This document shows, in pieces, positions 48,539 to 59,257 of a stretch of DNA of 64,000 nucleotides. Each line of letters opens with the position of its first letter. The stretch's first letter is position 1. The notes under the pieces are model-generated. The model saw only the letters and a program-made list of their open reading frames with translations. It had not been told where the DNA came from and did no database searches. The stretch is from Vulcanimicrobiota bacterium (GTDB taxonomy: Bacteria; Vulcanimicrobiota; Vulcanimicrobiia; Vulcanimicrobiales; Vulcanimicrobiaceae). Made by a program: the position numbers and the translations under genes. Location of the stretch: contig CAWCIZ010000001.1 in NCBI GenBank assembly GCA_963795855.1, positions 480,001 through 544,000 of the forward strand, read 5' to 3'.

Positions 48539-51500
48539 GTGAAAGCCTTGCTTGTTGCGCTCATCGCGCTTGCAGTCACCGGTTCGGCCGCTGCTGCAGC
48601 ACAATTCGGAGATCTCGCGTATCGCTGGGTTGGGCCGGCCGTGATGGGCGGCCGTCTCGACGCGGTTGCCGGTATTCCCGGAGACCCCAAGACGATTTAC
48701 CTGGGGCATGCCTCGGGCGGATTGTGGAAGTCGACCGACGGCGGCCTCACGTTCGAATCGTCGTTCGAAGCCGGAAGCAGCAGCGCAATCGGCGCGATCG
48801 CGATCGATCCGCGCAACCCGAACCGCGTCTACGTCGGCACGGGCGAGGGCTTTCCGCGAAACACCGCGGATTACGGCGACGGCATTTGGGCGAGCGACGA
48901 CGCGGGTAGGCGGTGGCGAACGCTTGGCCTCGCGGATAGCGGAAGCATCGCGAAACTCGCGATCGATCCGGCCGACTCGCGCATCGTCTTGGCCGCGGCG
49001 ATGGGTCACGAATTCGCGCCGGGCGGCGAGCGCGGAATCTACCGCAGCACGGACGCAGGCGCGCACTGGACGCGCGTGCTGTTCGTCAACGCGACGACGG
49101 GCGGCAGCGATCTCGCATTCGATCCGAAGCATCCCAGCGTCGTGTACGCAGGTACGTTCGATTACTTGCGGCGTCCGTGGACGCTGCGCAGCGGCGGTCC
49201 GGGAAGCGGGTTGTACAAATCCCGCGATGCCGGAAAAACGTGGGTGCGCCTAACCGACCCGCGCTTGCACAACGGTTTGCCCGACGGCCCGATCAATCGC
49301 GTCGGCGTGAGCGTGTGCCGCAGCAATCCAAGCGTCGTTTACGCGTTCGTTCCCGTCAAAAACGGCCTGCTGTATCGTTCTCTGGATGCCGGCGCGCACT
49401 GGCAGATGCGTAATGCGAGCCAAGGCGTCGATTTTCGGCCGTTTTACTTTTCGCAAGTGCGCTGCGATCCGTCGAATCCGCGAAAAGTGTACGCCATCGC
49501 AGGCGGTTTACTCGTTTCAACGGACGGCGGGAAAAAATTTCGCGACGCCGGCGGCGGCGGCGACAATCACGATCTCTGGATCGATCCGATCGATCCGCAG
49601 CGTCTGCTCAACGGCAGCGATATGGGCTTTCACTATTCACTGAACGGCGGCAAGACGTGGAGCTACGACGACGTCGTGCCGTTCGCGCAGGTGTACCGCG
49701 TCGGGTATGACTATGACACGCCGTATCACGTCATGGGCGGCCTGCAGGACCACGAAGTGTGGCGCGGTCCGAACGAACTGCTCAGCCAGCGCGACGGACC
49801 GAGCAACGGCGACTGGCTGAATATCTCGGATTGGGGTGACGGGCAGTACGCGATGGCGGATCCTCGCGACGCATCCGTCATCTACGAAGACACGCATTTC
49901 GGCGATCTTGGTTCGCGCGAATCTGCGAACGGGCGAGCGCCGCTACATTTCGCCGCAGCCGATCATCGGGTTCGGAACGGGCGCGGGAACGTATCCGTAC
50001 CGTTTCAATTGGAGCGCACCGCTGCTGATCTCGCACTTCAATCCCGACGTCATCTACTACGGCGCAAACGTGCTGTTCCGCTCGGCGGATCGAGGCACGT
50101 CGTGGCAGATCGCCGCTCCCGATCTGACGCATTGCGATCCGTCGCAGCTCGGCCGCAGCGGCGGACCGATCACTTTCGACAACACGAACGCGGAGTCGTA
50201 CTGCACCATCTACAGCATCGGTGAGGACGCGAAAGATTCGCGGACCATTTGGTACGGAACCGATAACGGGCACCTCGAGATTACGCGCGATGACGGAAGA
50301 ACCTGGAGCGACGTCATCCGGAACGTGGGCGTGCCGCTTCCGGCTCGCGTGGCGTCCATCTCGCCCTCCGGTGTCACACCGGGCACCGCCTATGCGGCGT
50401 TCGACCGCCACCAGTGGAACGACTACGCATCCTACGCGTACGTGACGCGCGACTATGGCGCGCATTGGCGGCAGATCTCCGGTGGATTAGAAAGTTACGT
50501 GCACGTCGTGCGCGAGGACGCGCGCAATCCCGCGCTCCTTTTCGCCGGAACCGAGCGGGGTGTCTTCATCTCGTTCGATAGCGGTGCGCACTGGACGGAT
50601 TTTCGTCTGGGTTTACCGCACGTCCCGGTGTACGATTTGCAGATCCACCCGCGCGACGACGATCTGATCCTCGGCACGCACGGGCGCGGCTTCTACGTCC
50701 TGGACGATTTAACGCCGCTGGAACATTGGGCGAACGCCGTCGGCGCGCAGCCGGCGCTCTTCGCGCCGATGCCTGCGATTCGCTTCACGGAAGCGTACTA
50801 TCACGAGCACGGGCGCGGCGCGTTCGTTTCGGAAAACAAACCATATGGCGCGCTGCTCACACTATATTTGCCGGCGGCGCCGAAGCCGTCATCGCCGAAC
50901 GGCAAGCCGGTCGTGCACGTGAGGATCGTCGATGCAACCGGCGCGCAGATCGCGTCATTCGATCCCAAAGTGCATGCCGGCGTAAACCGCTTCGCTTGGG
51001 ACCTGACCACGCAACTGCCGCAAGGTGCGCCCAGTGCGCAGGACCGGCGTCCGTACTACATTTTCTACCCGATGTCGATTGCTGGCCCCGAAGCGCTGCC
51101 CGGGACGTATACCGCGCACATCGACGTCTTCGGACGGCGCTTGTCGGCGCCGGTCGTCGTGGTGCAAGACCCGCACGATCCCGCGCCGGCGCAAGACTTG
51201 CGTGCGCAGTACGATGCGTTGCAGACGCTCGGCACGACGCAGGCGCACGTCGAGGCCTTGATCGCGCGCCTGCTGACGAAACCACGCTGTGCCGGCGCTG
51301 CCGGTTTGCTCGACCGGCTGCGCAACGACGAGCCGAGCGGGTATCGTTCGCCGGCTCGCCTCTCCGAACAGATCGCGTATTTGCGATACATCATTGAGCA
51401 ATACGCCGGTCCGCCCACCCAACCGCAGAATGCGCTCACGGCAAAATACGCCGCGCAAACCGCACAGATCGAAAAGGAGGCGGCGCAGGCGTGTCCGTAG
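48539..51500 (+). CDS. secreted VPS10/BNR-repeat beta-propeller protein (glycosyl hydrolase-like), apparent frameshift near 49910
   Basis: Signal peptide, many S-x-D-x-G-x-x-W Asp boxes, GGLQD, RFNWSAP, GTHGRG. Confidence 0.88.
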
Positions 51501-53848
51501 CCGAGGGCCGCTACAGTACGCGGCAATCGCTGCTGCTCAATGCGTTTTGGGTGCCGCTGCACTTTCAAGACACGGCGTTGATCGCCATTTCCGTGCCCGC
51601 GGCGCTCCTGACGCTCGCTCCGGGAGATCACGTGCGCATCTTCGCGGTCGTTGCGGCGCTGGTTTCGTTCGTGTCGATGTTGGTGCCGCCGGTCGCCGGC
51701 GCCATTTCGGATGGAATGCGTTCGCGCGGCGTCCCGAGACGCGTGCCGATACTTGCAGGCGCCGCGCTCGACGTCGCGTGTCTGCTGATGATGGCGGAAG
51801 TGCACACGCTCGGATTGTTCATCACGTTCTTACTTCTGGCAACGGTCGGTGCCAACGTCAGTTTGGCGGCGTACCAGGCGCTGATTCCGGACGTGGTGCC
51901 GCAGCCGGCATGGGGAATGGTTTCGGGAGTCCGCAGCGTCGCGATGGTCGCGGGCACGGTAGTCGGCATCGGCGTCGCAGCGGGGACGTATCCCGCGAGC
52001 ACCTTCATCGGCATCGCGGTCGGCATCGGTCTGGGCGCGCTCACGCTTTTCGCGGTGAGCGAACATCGCATCCCAAATCAGCCTCAGGAGCACGCGCACA
52101 TCAGCGATTGGCACGACTTCACGGTCGTCTTCGCCGCACGCGCATTTTTGGCGTTCGGCCTCGCGCTCCTGATGACGTTCATCCTGTATTTTTTCCGCGA
52201 CATACTGCACGCCAGCAATCCGTCGGCGAACACGGGCATCGTCGCGGCGGCGTCTCTCCTCGGCGCGATCGGTTCCGGAGTATTTTTAGGATGGCTCTCC
52301 GATCGGGTGCCGCGGAAAGTCGTCGTCGCGCTCTGTGGCCTACCGATGGCGCTGGCGGCGGCCGGATTCGGACTGGTACCGCAGCAGCAGTGGATGTTCG
52401 TGTTCGCGGCGCTCTTCGGCGTCGGCTTCGGCGGCATCATGTCGACGGGATGGGCGCTCGCCATGGATTCGGTCCCGCAACTGCGCGACGTAGCGCGCGA
52501 TCTCGGCATTTGGGGGATCGCGCAGAACTTTCCGTCGGTCATCGCGCCGCTCGCCGGCGGATGGATTCTCGCAGCCTACGGCGGTTCGCTGGGCGGGTAC
52601 CGCGTGCTGTTTTTCACCGCTGCGGTCAGTTTCTTGTTGGGGTCGCTCGTCGTGCTCGGCGTGGGAAAACGGTCGTCCATTCCGTGGTGGGGCATACCGC
52701 TGCGCATTGCAGCCGCCATCTGCGTTTCTACGTACGTGCGTACGACGTATCGCATCCGGTCATGGGGATGGCTCCCACCGGGACGCGGCCCGACATTACT
52801 GATCTCGAATCATCAAATCGAACTCGATCTGATGGGCCCGATCAGCGCGCTTACGCTGCACGGCGCCTGGCACAAACCGGTGCTCGCGGCGTGCGCGAAA
52901 TTGATGTACGAGCCGGGCTTCATGGCGGTGCGGATTCCGTGGCTCTGGCGAAGTATGAAAAACGTCAACTTCGGCTGGCTCTTCGAAGGCATCGGGTTTC
53001 TCCCGCTCGAGAACGAGTTGCAGTCGCGATCGATCGCTCGGTGGGCGTGGGGCGCGCAGCGCCGGCACGGCGTGCTCGCACTCCAGGAACTCTTCAAACC
53101 GCGCACGCTCGAGGCGAGCGGCTTCCAGGGTTTGACGACGGAAGATCTTTTCTCCACGCGCTATTTCAAGAAAGCGCAAGTGACGTACGTGCGTCTCTCC
53201 GATCTCAACGTGCGCTACCGGAAAGAAGCGTTCGACGACATGAAGGCGGGCGTCGAGCGCGATCTGCAGCGCATCGAAGACGAACTTCGGCGCGGTGCGA
53301 CGTTCTACGTTACTCCGGAAGGTGAGTACACGAAAACGGGGCTTATGCTGCCGTTCCGCGGCATCTGGGAGCGAATGCTGCCGCACGTCGATCACGTCTA
53401 TCTTGCCGGGATTAGTTACGATCCGTTCGTGGGACGCCGCCTTTCGCAGTACTATCGCGTCGTCGAGGCGCGCGACAAGGCGACTGCAAAAGAAGAACTG
53501 AAGGCTTCGCGTCCGGTAACCACGAGCGCGCTGATGGCAGAGTGGCTCATCTCGCGCAGCGGATCGTTCACGCTGGAAGAAGCCGGGGCAGCGATTTCCG
53601 CCCGCGTTACCTCGCTGCCCCGCGAGTTGTTCGTCGAGCCGTCGCTGGCACGGGCGCCGGCGAAGATGACCGCGCGCGCGGTGCGCAGGTTGACCGAGCT
53701 CGGCATCCTTCAGCAGTCCGGCAATCGGTACACGCTCGGGGAGCGGCGCGTGCACCCGAGCTTCGAAGACGTCGAGGACATCGTGGCTTTTCAAGCACGC
53801 TTCCTAGGCGAAACGCTCGCCGGGCTGCAAGCGCGCGCGTCGGCTTAG
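51491..53848 (+). CDS. MFS transporter fused to PlsC-like acyltransferase domain
   Basis: About 12 TM helices with GAISD/GWLSDRVPRK motifs, then SNHQIELD and TPEGEYT. Confidence 0.82.
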   Translation: MSVAEGRYSTRQSLLLNAFWVPLHFQDTALIAISVPAALLTLAPGDHVRIFAVVAALVSFVSMLVPPVAGAISDGMRSRGVPRRVPILAGAALDVACLLMMAEVHTLGLFITFLLLATVGANVSLAAYQALIPDVVPQPAWGMVSGVRSVAMVAGTVVGIGVAAGTYPASTFIGIAVGIGLGALTLFAVSEHRIPNQPQEHAHISDWHDFTVVFAARAFLAFGLALLMTFILYFFRDILHASNPSANTGIVAAASLLGAIGSGVFLGWLSDRVPRKVVVALCGLPMALAAAGFGLVPQQQWMFVFAALFGVGFGGIMSTGWALAMDSVPQLRDVARDLGIWGIAQNFPSVIAPLAGGWILAAYGGSLGGYRVLFFTAAVSFLLGSLVVLGVGKRSSIPWWGIPLRIAAAICVSTYVRTTYRIRSWGWLPPGRGPTLLISNHQIELDLMGPISALTLHGAWHKPVLAACAKLMYEPGFMAVRIPWLWRSMKNVNFGWLFEGIGFLPLENELQSRSIARWAWGAQRRHGVLALQELFKPRTLEASGFQGLTTEDLFSTRYFKKAQVTYVRLSDLNVRYRKEAFDDMKAGVERDLQRIEDELRRGATFYVTPEGEYTKTGLMLPFRGIWERMLPHVDHVYLAGISYDPFVGRRLSQYYRVVEARDKATAKEELKASRPVTTSALMAEWLISRSGSFTLEEAGAAISARVTSLPRELFVEPSLARAPAKMTARAVRRLTELGILQQSGNRYTLGERRVHPSFEDVEDIVAFQARFLGETLAGLQARASA

Positions 53849-53929
53849 GAACCAATCGGTAAGGACCATCGGCTCCGTGCGCCCTGCACGAGCGAGGGTA
53901 AGGTACAGCGTTGCCGGGAGGAGCACGCC

Positions 53930-54364
53930 GTGTCGCTTGGTTTCGATATCGGAGGCGCAATCCTCGTCGCATTGGCAGTAGCCGCGACGACGCTGTTTTT
54001 TGCTCGCAAACGCGAGCGGAAGTCTCAGGAGCCGGCGCGAGCAATCACAGGCGAAGCGCAGTTCACCCGTCCCGATCCGGGAACCGTCGAAGGGCTCGAG
54101 ATCCGCTACGGTTCGGACGCGCTCGTGCGTTCGGTGCGCGTCGGCGCGATGAACTGCGAACACAAGGAACTACTGCTCACGATGGACGCGGTCCAGTGGA
54201 ACAGTTTGCAGAACGCGCAAAAGCAAGAAGTGCTCGCCGCAGCGCGCAGCACGTGGGCCTCGAAGATGTGCGCGGCCGGCCCGGACATCGCCTACGTCGT
54301 CGTAAAGACCGACCAAGGGCGCATCGTCGGGCGCGCCGATCCGCATTCCGTTACGGTTCTGTAG
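53930..54364 (+). CDS. hypothetical membrane-anchored protein
   Basis: GGAGGAG RBS, N-terminal TM. Confidence 0.7.
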   Translation: MSLGFDIGGAILVALAVAATTLFFARKRERKSQEPARAITGEAQFTRPDPGTVEGLEIRYGSDALVRSVRVGAMNCEHKELLLTMDAVQWNSLQNAQKQEVLAAARSTWASKMCAAGPDIAYVVVKTDQGRIVGRADPHSVTVL

Positions 54365-55679
54365 TCAGCGGCACCGCCGCGCGGCGCGTCCACAGATAGT
54401 AGATCGGCGCGCCCGAAAGCAAGATCGCAAAACCGATCGCCGTTTCACGCGGCGCGGTATAGAACGCTTCAGCGACGACGGCAAAACTCACGGCGATAAA
54501 CGTGTACGTGGTCCACGGATCGCCCGGAACGGTTACGCCTTCCCGCGGTGCGCCGGCGTCTCGTCTCCGAAAGATCAGCAACCCGATCCCGCAAACCGCG
54601 AGGAAGAAGAAGTCCATGCTGACCACGTACTGCAATATTTGATCGTACCGTCCGGAAAGGGTGATGACGATCGTAACGACGCATTGCAGTGCCAGACCGT
54701 AAAGCGGCACCGCAGTCTTCGGATGCAGCCATGCGAACTGTTTGAAGAATAAGCCGTCCTGCGCCATCGCGTAGTAGATCCGCGGCGAAGTGAGAACGGA
54801 GTTGCTCAGAAATCCGAGCGTTGAAATCGAGATGCCGATTGCGACGATGCGTTCGCCCATCGGGCCTGCGAACAGACGCATCATGTCGCTGGCGGGGGTA
54901 GTGCTTGCCGCTAGACCCGCCGCCCCGAGCATGTGAAGCGCGGCGCCGGTAATGAGCACGTAAAGCGCGACGACGCCGAGCACGCCGAAAACCAACGCGC
55001 GCGGCAGCGATTTACGCGGCTCTTTCAATTCACCGTCGAGATATGCTGCGGTTTGCCATCCGTCGTAAGAGAACAGCACCGAGATGAGCGCCGCTCCGAA
55101 CAGTGCAAGCGCGGTGAACCGGCCGGGCGGCTGCGGCAACAGCGCGTGCGACGCGCCGTGCGGGCCGAAAAATCCGGCCACGACGATCGCGGCGATCGCT
55201 GCGGCTTTGAGCAGCGTCAAGATGTTTTGCGTCGTGCTGCCTTCGCGAACGCCCAGTCCGTTTATGGCGTTGAGAATGACGATCGCACCGATCGCGACGT
55301 ACGCGGGCGGAACGTGCCAGCCCGTGAGCGGTGTGAAATAGACGGCAAACGTTACCGCGCTCGCAGCCATCCCGCCCGTTTGCGTCACCAGCAGCGCGGT
55401 CCACCCGGACATGAAGGCCAGCATCGGGTGAAACGCATCCCGGAGATAGCCGTACATGCCGCGGACGTCGCAGCGCCGCCAAGCAAGTTCGGCGAAAACG
55501 AAGCCGCCCGCCAGTGCGATCGCTCCACCGGCCAGCCATGCACCCAAAATCAGCGGAGCAGTGCGCGCAGCCGCCGCCACGACTGCAGGCGTCATGAAAA
55601 TGCCCGAGCCGATGATTCCGCCCATGACGATTAGCGTGGCATCGAACGTTCCGAGTTTTCTGGCGAGTTTAGTGGCCAT
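54351..55679 (-). CDS. APC family amino acid permease
   Basis: IIGSGIF, FSYDGWQ, PRIYYAMAQDGLFF. Confidence 0.93.
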   Translation of the reverse strand: MATKLARKLGTFDATLIVMGGIIGSGIFMTPAVVAAAARTAPLILGAWLAGGAIALAGGFVFAELAWRRCDVRGMYGYLRDAFHPMLAFMSGWTALLVTQTGGMAASAVTFAVYFTPLTGWHVPPAYVAIGAIVILNAINGLGVREGSTTQNILTLLKAAAIAAIVVAGFFGPHGASHALLPQPPGRFTALALFGAALISVLFSYDGWQTAAYLDGELKEPRKSLPRALVFGVLGVVALYVLITGAALHMLGAAGLAASTTPASDMMRLFAGPMGERIVAIGISISTLGFLSNSVLTSPRIYYAMAQDGLFFKQFAWLHPKTAVPLYGLALQCVVTIVITLSGRYDQILQYVVSMDFFFLAVCGIGLLIFRRRDAGAPREGVTVPGDPWTTYTFIAVSFAVVAEAFYTAPRETAIGFAILLSGAPIYYLWTRRAAVPLTTEP

Positions 55680-56790
55680 CGTGCGCGCTCATCATCCGCA
55701 CGTAATGCCGATCGAACGCGTGCAGCAAGCCTTCCTGCTGGCTGTACGGTCCCGGCGCATATGCACGCGACTCGATACCGAGTTGCGTGAGTTCGTTGAC
55801 GCGCCAGTCCTGCAAATTGGTCGTATCCCAGAAATCCACCGCGTCGGACGGATCGAACGACGGTTCTCGCATGGCGTGATCGTCGAAGAGCCATTCGCAA
55901 ACGATGCGCGTGTGCGCCGCATCGACCGGCGTGACGTAGTGCGCCATGACGTAGTCCGGATGCAGGCTGAGCAGCAGCGACGGAAATACCGTGTAGTAAT
56001 ACACCCGCGCGGCGTTTTCCGATCCTATTCCGGACAGGGGCGGGCGCTTGGTGCGTCCCGACGTCGTGAGACTCGTTTCCGCGGTTCGCAGCGTCGAATA
56101 TCCGCCGAGAAACGCGCCGTCGGTGAGGTCGTTGAGTCCGCTATCCGACGGGGAAAGGCGCTCGAGTTGCGGATGAATGACCGGACAGTGATAGCATTCG
56201 GAATAGTTCTGAAAGACGAGTTTCCAGTTGCAGGCAACGTCGTACGCGATGCGCTTTGCGGCGCGCAAACGGTCGATACTCCAGGCGTCGAATCTGCCGC
56301 GCAACGGAGCGAACGCGCTTTCGAACGGCTCATCCGGTTCGAGCGCGACGAAAAGAAAGCCGTAGAGTTCCCGAAGGTGCGCTTGCTGCAGCGGATACTC
56401 GCCGTAATCGAAACCGGGCGCGCCTTCCATGTTGCGCGCCGTCAGCAGCGATCCGTCGAGCGCATACGTCCACGCGTGATACGGGCATTGAATGCTGCCC
56501 TTGAACCGTCCGGCGTCCTCCGTGCACATGCGCGTTCCGCGGTGACGGCAGACGTTGTAGAACGCGTGCGCGGTGCCGGTTTGGTCGCGTGTGAGAATCA
56601 AACTTTCGCCGGCGACGCGGACGGTGATAAAGCATCCGGTATACGCGATCTGCTCTGCGCGTCCCGCGCATATCCACGACCGAGAAAAAATCTGCGCGCG
56701 CTCCCGTTCAAACGTGTCTGGGGAGCGGTACCAGTGCGCGTCAAGGGTGCGCGCCGCCGGCGGCGTTGAGACCTTCACGAAAGACCGCAT
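55669..56790 (-). CDS. Rieske non-heme iron oxygenase alpha subunit (GbcA/choline monooxygenase-like)
   Basis: CRHRG..CPYHAW Rieske motif, NWK..ECYHCPVIH iron site. Confidence 0.9.
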   Translation of the reverse strand: MRSFVKVSTPPAARTLDAHWYRSPDTFERERAQIFSRSWICAGRAEQIAYTGCFITVRVAGESLILTRDQTGTAHAFYNVCRHRGTRMCTEDAGRFKGSIQCPYHAWTYALDGSLLTARNMEGAPGFDYGEYPLQQAHLRELYGFLFVALEPDEPFESAFAPLRGRFDAWSIDRLRAAKRIAYDVACNWKLVFQNYSECYHCPVIHPQLERLSPSDSGLNDLTDGAFLGGYSTLRTAETSLTTSGRTKRPPLSGIGSENAARVYYYTVFPSLLLSLHPDYVMAHYVTPVDAAHTRIVCEWLFDDHAMREPSFDPSDAVDFWDTTNLQDWRVNELTQLGIESRAYAPGPYSQQEGLLHAFDRHYVRMMSAHDGH

Positions 56791-56826
56791 CCGGCTCTCT
56801 TCAGCCGCGCGCCCGCCACCTTCCTC

Positions 56827-57438
56827 TCAGTGCCGCAGCAACCCCGGAAACCGCTGACGAAGTTGTGCGAGTTTCGGCTTGTCGTTTATTACTACGTACG
56901 CATTGTCGGGATTGTGCGCTACGAAATCTTGGTGGTATTGTTCGGCGGGATAAAAGGCGGGAAGCGGCGCGACCTTCGTGACGATGGGCGAGGGGTACGT
57001 GTGTTCGGCCTCGAGCCGCGCGATATATGCTTTTGCCGCGTCACGCTGCGCAGGGGTGGTGAAGAAAATCTCCGAGCGGTATTGCGTTCCTTCGTCCGGA
57101 CCTTGCCGGTTGAGTTCCGTGGGATCGTGCGCGACGAGGAAATAGACGTCGAGGATCTGGCGGAACGTGATGCGCGCCGGATCGTAGGTGATTTGGACGG
57201 ATTCCGCATGTCCGGTGTCGCCCGTGCTCACGATGTCGTAATGTGCCGTCTGCTCGCGGCCGCCGGCATATCCGGCAACCACCGTATCGACGCCGCGCAG
57301 CTCTTCGAAAACCGCTTGCATTCCCCAAAAGCAGCCGCCGGCGAGAACCACGCGCTCCTTCGGCGCCGGAGCTGCCGCCAGCAGAGCGAGTATCGCAAGA
57401 GCCGGTGCCGCCAAACGAATGAAAGATTTCATGACCAT
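56827..57438 (-). CDS. msrA: peptide-methionine (S)-S-oxide reductase with signal peptide
   Basis: GGCFWG, GHAE, RQGPDEGTQYRS, AEQYHQD. Confidence 0.95.
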   Translation of the reverse strand: MVMKSFIRLAAPALAILALLAAAPAPKERVVLAGGCFWGMQAVFEELRGVDTVVAGYAGGREQTAHYDIVSTGDTGHAESVQITYDPARITFRQILDVYFLVAHDPTELNRQGPDEGTQYRSEIFFTTPAQRDAAKAYIARLEAEHTYPSPIVTKVAPLPAFYPAEQYHQDFVAHNPDNAYVVINDKPKLAQLRQRFPGLLRH

Positions 57439-57504
57439 ACTACGCTCCTGCGCCCTGGTTGGATGTACCCGGGAAGCTGCGGCGCAAGCGAGTACACACG
57501 GCGG

Positions 57505-58584
57505 ATGCATCTTTTCGAACCTTTGGAGATACGCGGCATCACGTTGCGTAACCGCATCGCTGTTTCGCCCATGTGCGAATACTCGAGCGAGGACGGCTTC
57601 GCGAATCGCTGGCATTTCGTGCATTTGGGCAGCCGCGCGGTCGGCGGGGCCGGATTGGTGTTTACGGAAGCGGCGGCGGTCTCGCCGGAAGGGCGAATAT
57701 CTCCGGCCGACCTCGGAATTTATCGCGACGAGCACGTCGGCAAATTGCGCGAGATCGTCGAGTTCATTCACGAACACGGCGCTGCTGCAGGCATCCAATT
57801 GGCGCATGCAGGGTTCAAAGCGAGCACTGCGGCCCCGTGGGATGGCGGCGAGCCGGTCGCGCCGAGCGCCGGCGGATGGACGCGCGTTCTGGCGCCGAGC
57901 GCGGTGCCGTTCAAACCGGGATGGATCGTGCCGCATGCACTGGAGGCTGCCGAGATCGCGACTGTCGTCGACCAATTTTCGGCTGCCGCGGCAAGAGCAA
58001 TCACGGCTGGGTTTCGCGTCATCGAAATTCATGCCGCGCACGGCTATCTGCTGCACGAGTTTCTTTCCCCAATCACAAATCGCCGCGACGACGCGTACGG
58101 CGGTTCGTTCGAAAATCGCACGCGCTTCCTGCGCGAGGTCGTGCAAGCCGTCCGTGGCCGCATTCCCTCCGCCGTTCCGCTCTTCGTACGAATCTCGGCG
58201 AGCGACTGGGTCGATGAAGGGTGGAACGTCGAAGATTCCGCCGCGCTCGCGCGCGAACTCAAACCGCTCGGCGTCGATCTCATCGATGCGTCGTCCGGCG
58301 GTATCGTTTCCAACGCGAAAATCGCGCTTGGACCGGGCTATCAAGTTCCTTTCGCCCGGCACATACGCGCAGAGGCGCAGATTCTAACCGGCGCGGTTGG
58401 ACTGATTACGCAAGCGCAGCAGGCAAACGAGATCGTCTCGTCCGGAAGCGCGGATATCGTGCTGCTCGCTCGCGAACTGCTGCGTCAGCCCTACTGGCCG
58501 CTGCTCGCGGCATCGGAGCTGGGCATCGATCCGCAGTATTGGCCGAAACAGTATCAGCGCGCGAAACCGCGCAGAGGAGCATAG
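57505..58584 (+). CDS. NADH:flavin oxidoreductase (Old Yellow Enzyme, YqjM/NamA-like)
   Basis: SPMCEYS, HAAHGYLLHEFLSP, YGGSFENR, PKQYQR. Confidence 0.93.
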   Translation: MHLFEPLEIRGITLRNRIAVSPMCEYSSEDGFANRWHFVHLGSRAVGGAGLVFTEAAAVSPEGRISPADLGIYRDEHVGKLREIVEFIHEHGAAAGIQLAHAGFKASTAAPWDGGEPVAPSAGGWTRVLAPSAVPFKPGWIVPHALEAAEIATVVDQFSAAAARAITAGFRVIEIHAAHGYLLHEFLSPITNRRDDAYGGSFENRTRFLREVVQAVRGRIPSAVPLFVRISASDWVDEGWNVEDSAALARELKPLGVDLIDASSGGIVSNAKIALGPGYQVPFARHIRAEAQILTGAVGLITQAQQANEIVSSGSADIVLLARELLRQPYWPLLAASELGIDPQYWPKQYQRAKPRRGA

Positions 58585-58585
58585 A

Positions 58586-59251
58586 ATGATCGCAGCACTC
58601 ATCGCCGGCATTCTGCTCGGCGTGCAGACACCCGTGACGGCGACCGGCATTCCGCTCGACGCGCCTTGGAAAGTGACGATCTATCACCTCGCGCAAACGA
58701 CGTTCGTTCATCCCGCGTGGGGCTGGCAGCACTCAGAACGCAATTACGACGTAGCGATGCGGCTTGCAAAGGAGGATGGGTTGAAAATCGATACCGACGT
58801 GCTGTTCGCCGCTTCGTTTCTGCACGACATGGCGGCCTTCAAACCGTGCGCGGATACGAAAATGGAACACGGCGATTGCGCCGCGCTCGAGAGCGGGAGC
58901 ATTCTGCGCGATGCCGGATTTCCGATGGACAAGCTTCGCGCGGTTCAGGCTGCCGAGCGCGGGCACATGTACTATCGCCATCCGGGTCCCCTGCCGGAGG
59001 CGATCGTGCTGCACGATGCCGATTCGCTCGATTTTCTCGGTGACGTCGGCGCGGCGCGAATGATTTCGCTAACCGGTGAAAAGGCCGGCTCGTTCGCCGC
59101 GGCCGTAAAAACGCTGCGTTCGTTTCTAAAAGACATTCCTGCGGCGCTCGTCACGAACGCCGCGCGCCGAATCGGCGCGCAGCGCGCAGCGGAGCTGCGG
59201 TCGTTTCTCGACGCGCTCGACGGTGAAACGTTCGGCGAAAAGGCGATGTAG
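58586..59251 (+). CDS. HD domain protein with hydrophobic N-terminus
   Basis: HSER..FLHD..HDADSLD. Confidence 0.85.
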   Translation: MIAALIAGILLGVQTPVTATGIPLDAPWKVTIYHLAQTTFVHPAWGWQHSERNYDVAMRLAKEDGLKIDTDVLFAASFLHDMAAFKPCADTKMEHGDCAALESGSILRDAGFPMDKLRAVQAAERGHMYYRHPGPLPEAIVLHDADSLDFLGDVGAARMISLTGEKAGSFAAAVKTLRSFLKDIPAALVTNAARRIGAQRAAELRSFLDALDGETFGEKAM

Positions 59252-59257
59252 CGCGCG

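Noticed and set aside
56827..58584. Long overlapping N-terminal extensions of MsrA and the flavin oxidoreductase
   Set aside because: Each extension is the antisense of the other divergent gene; real starts are 57438 and 57505
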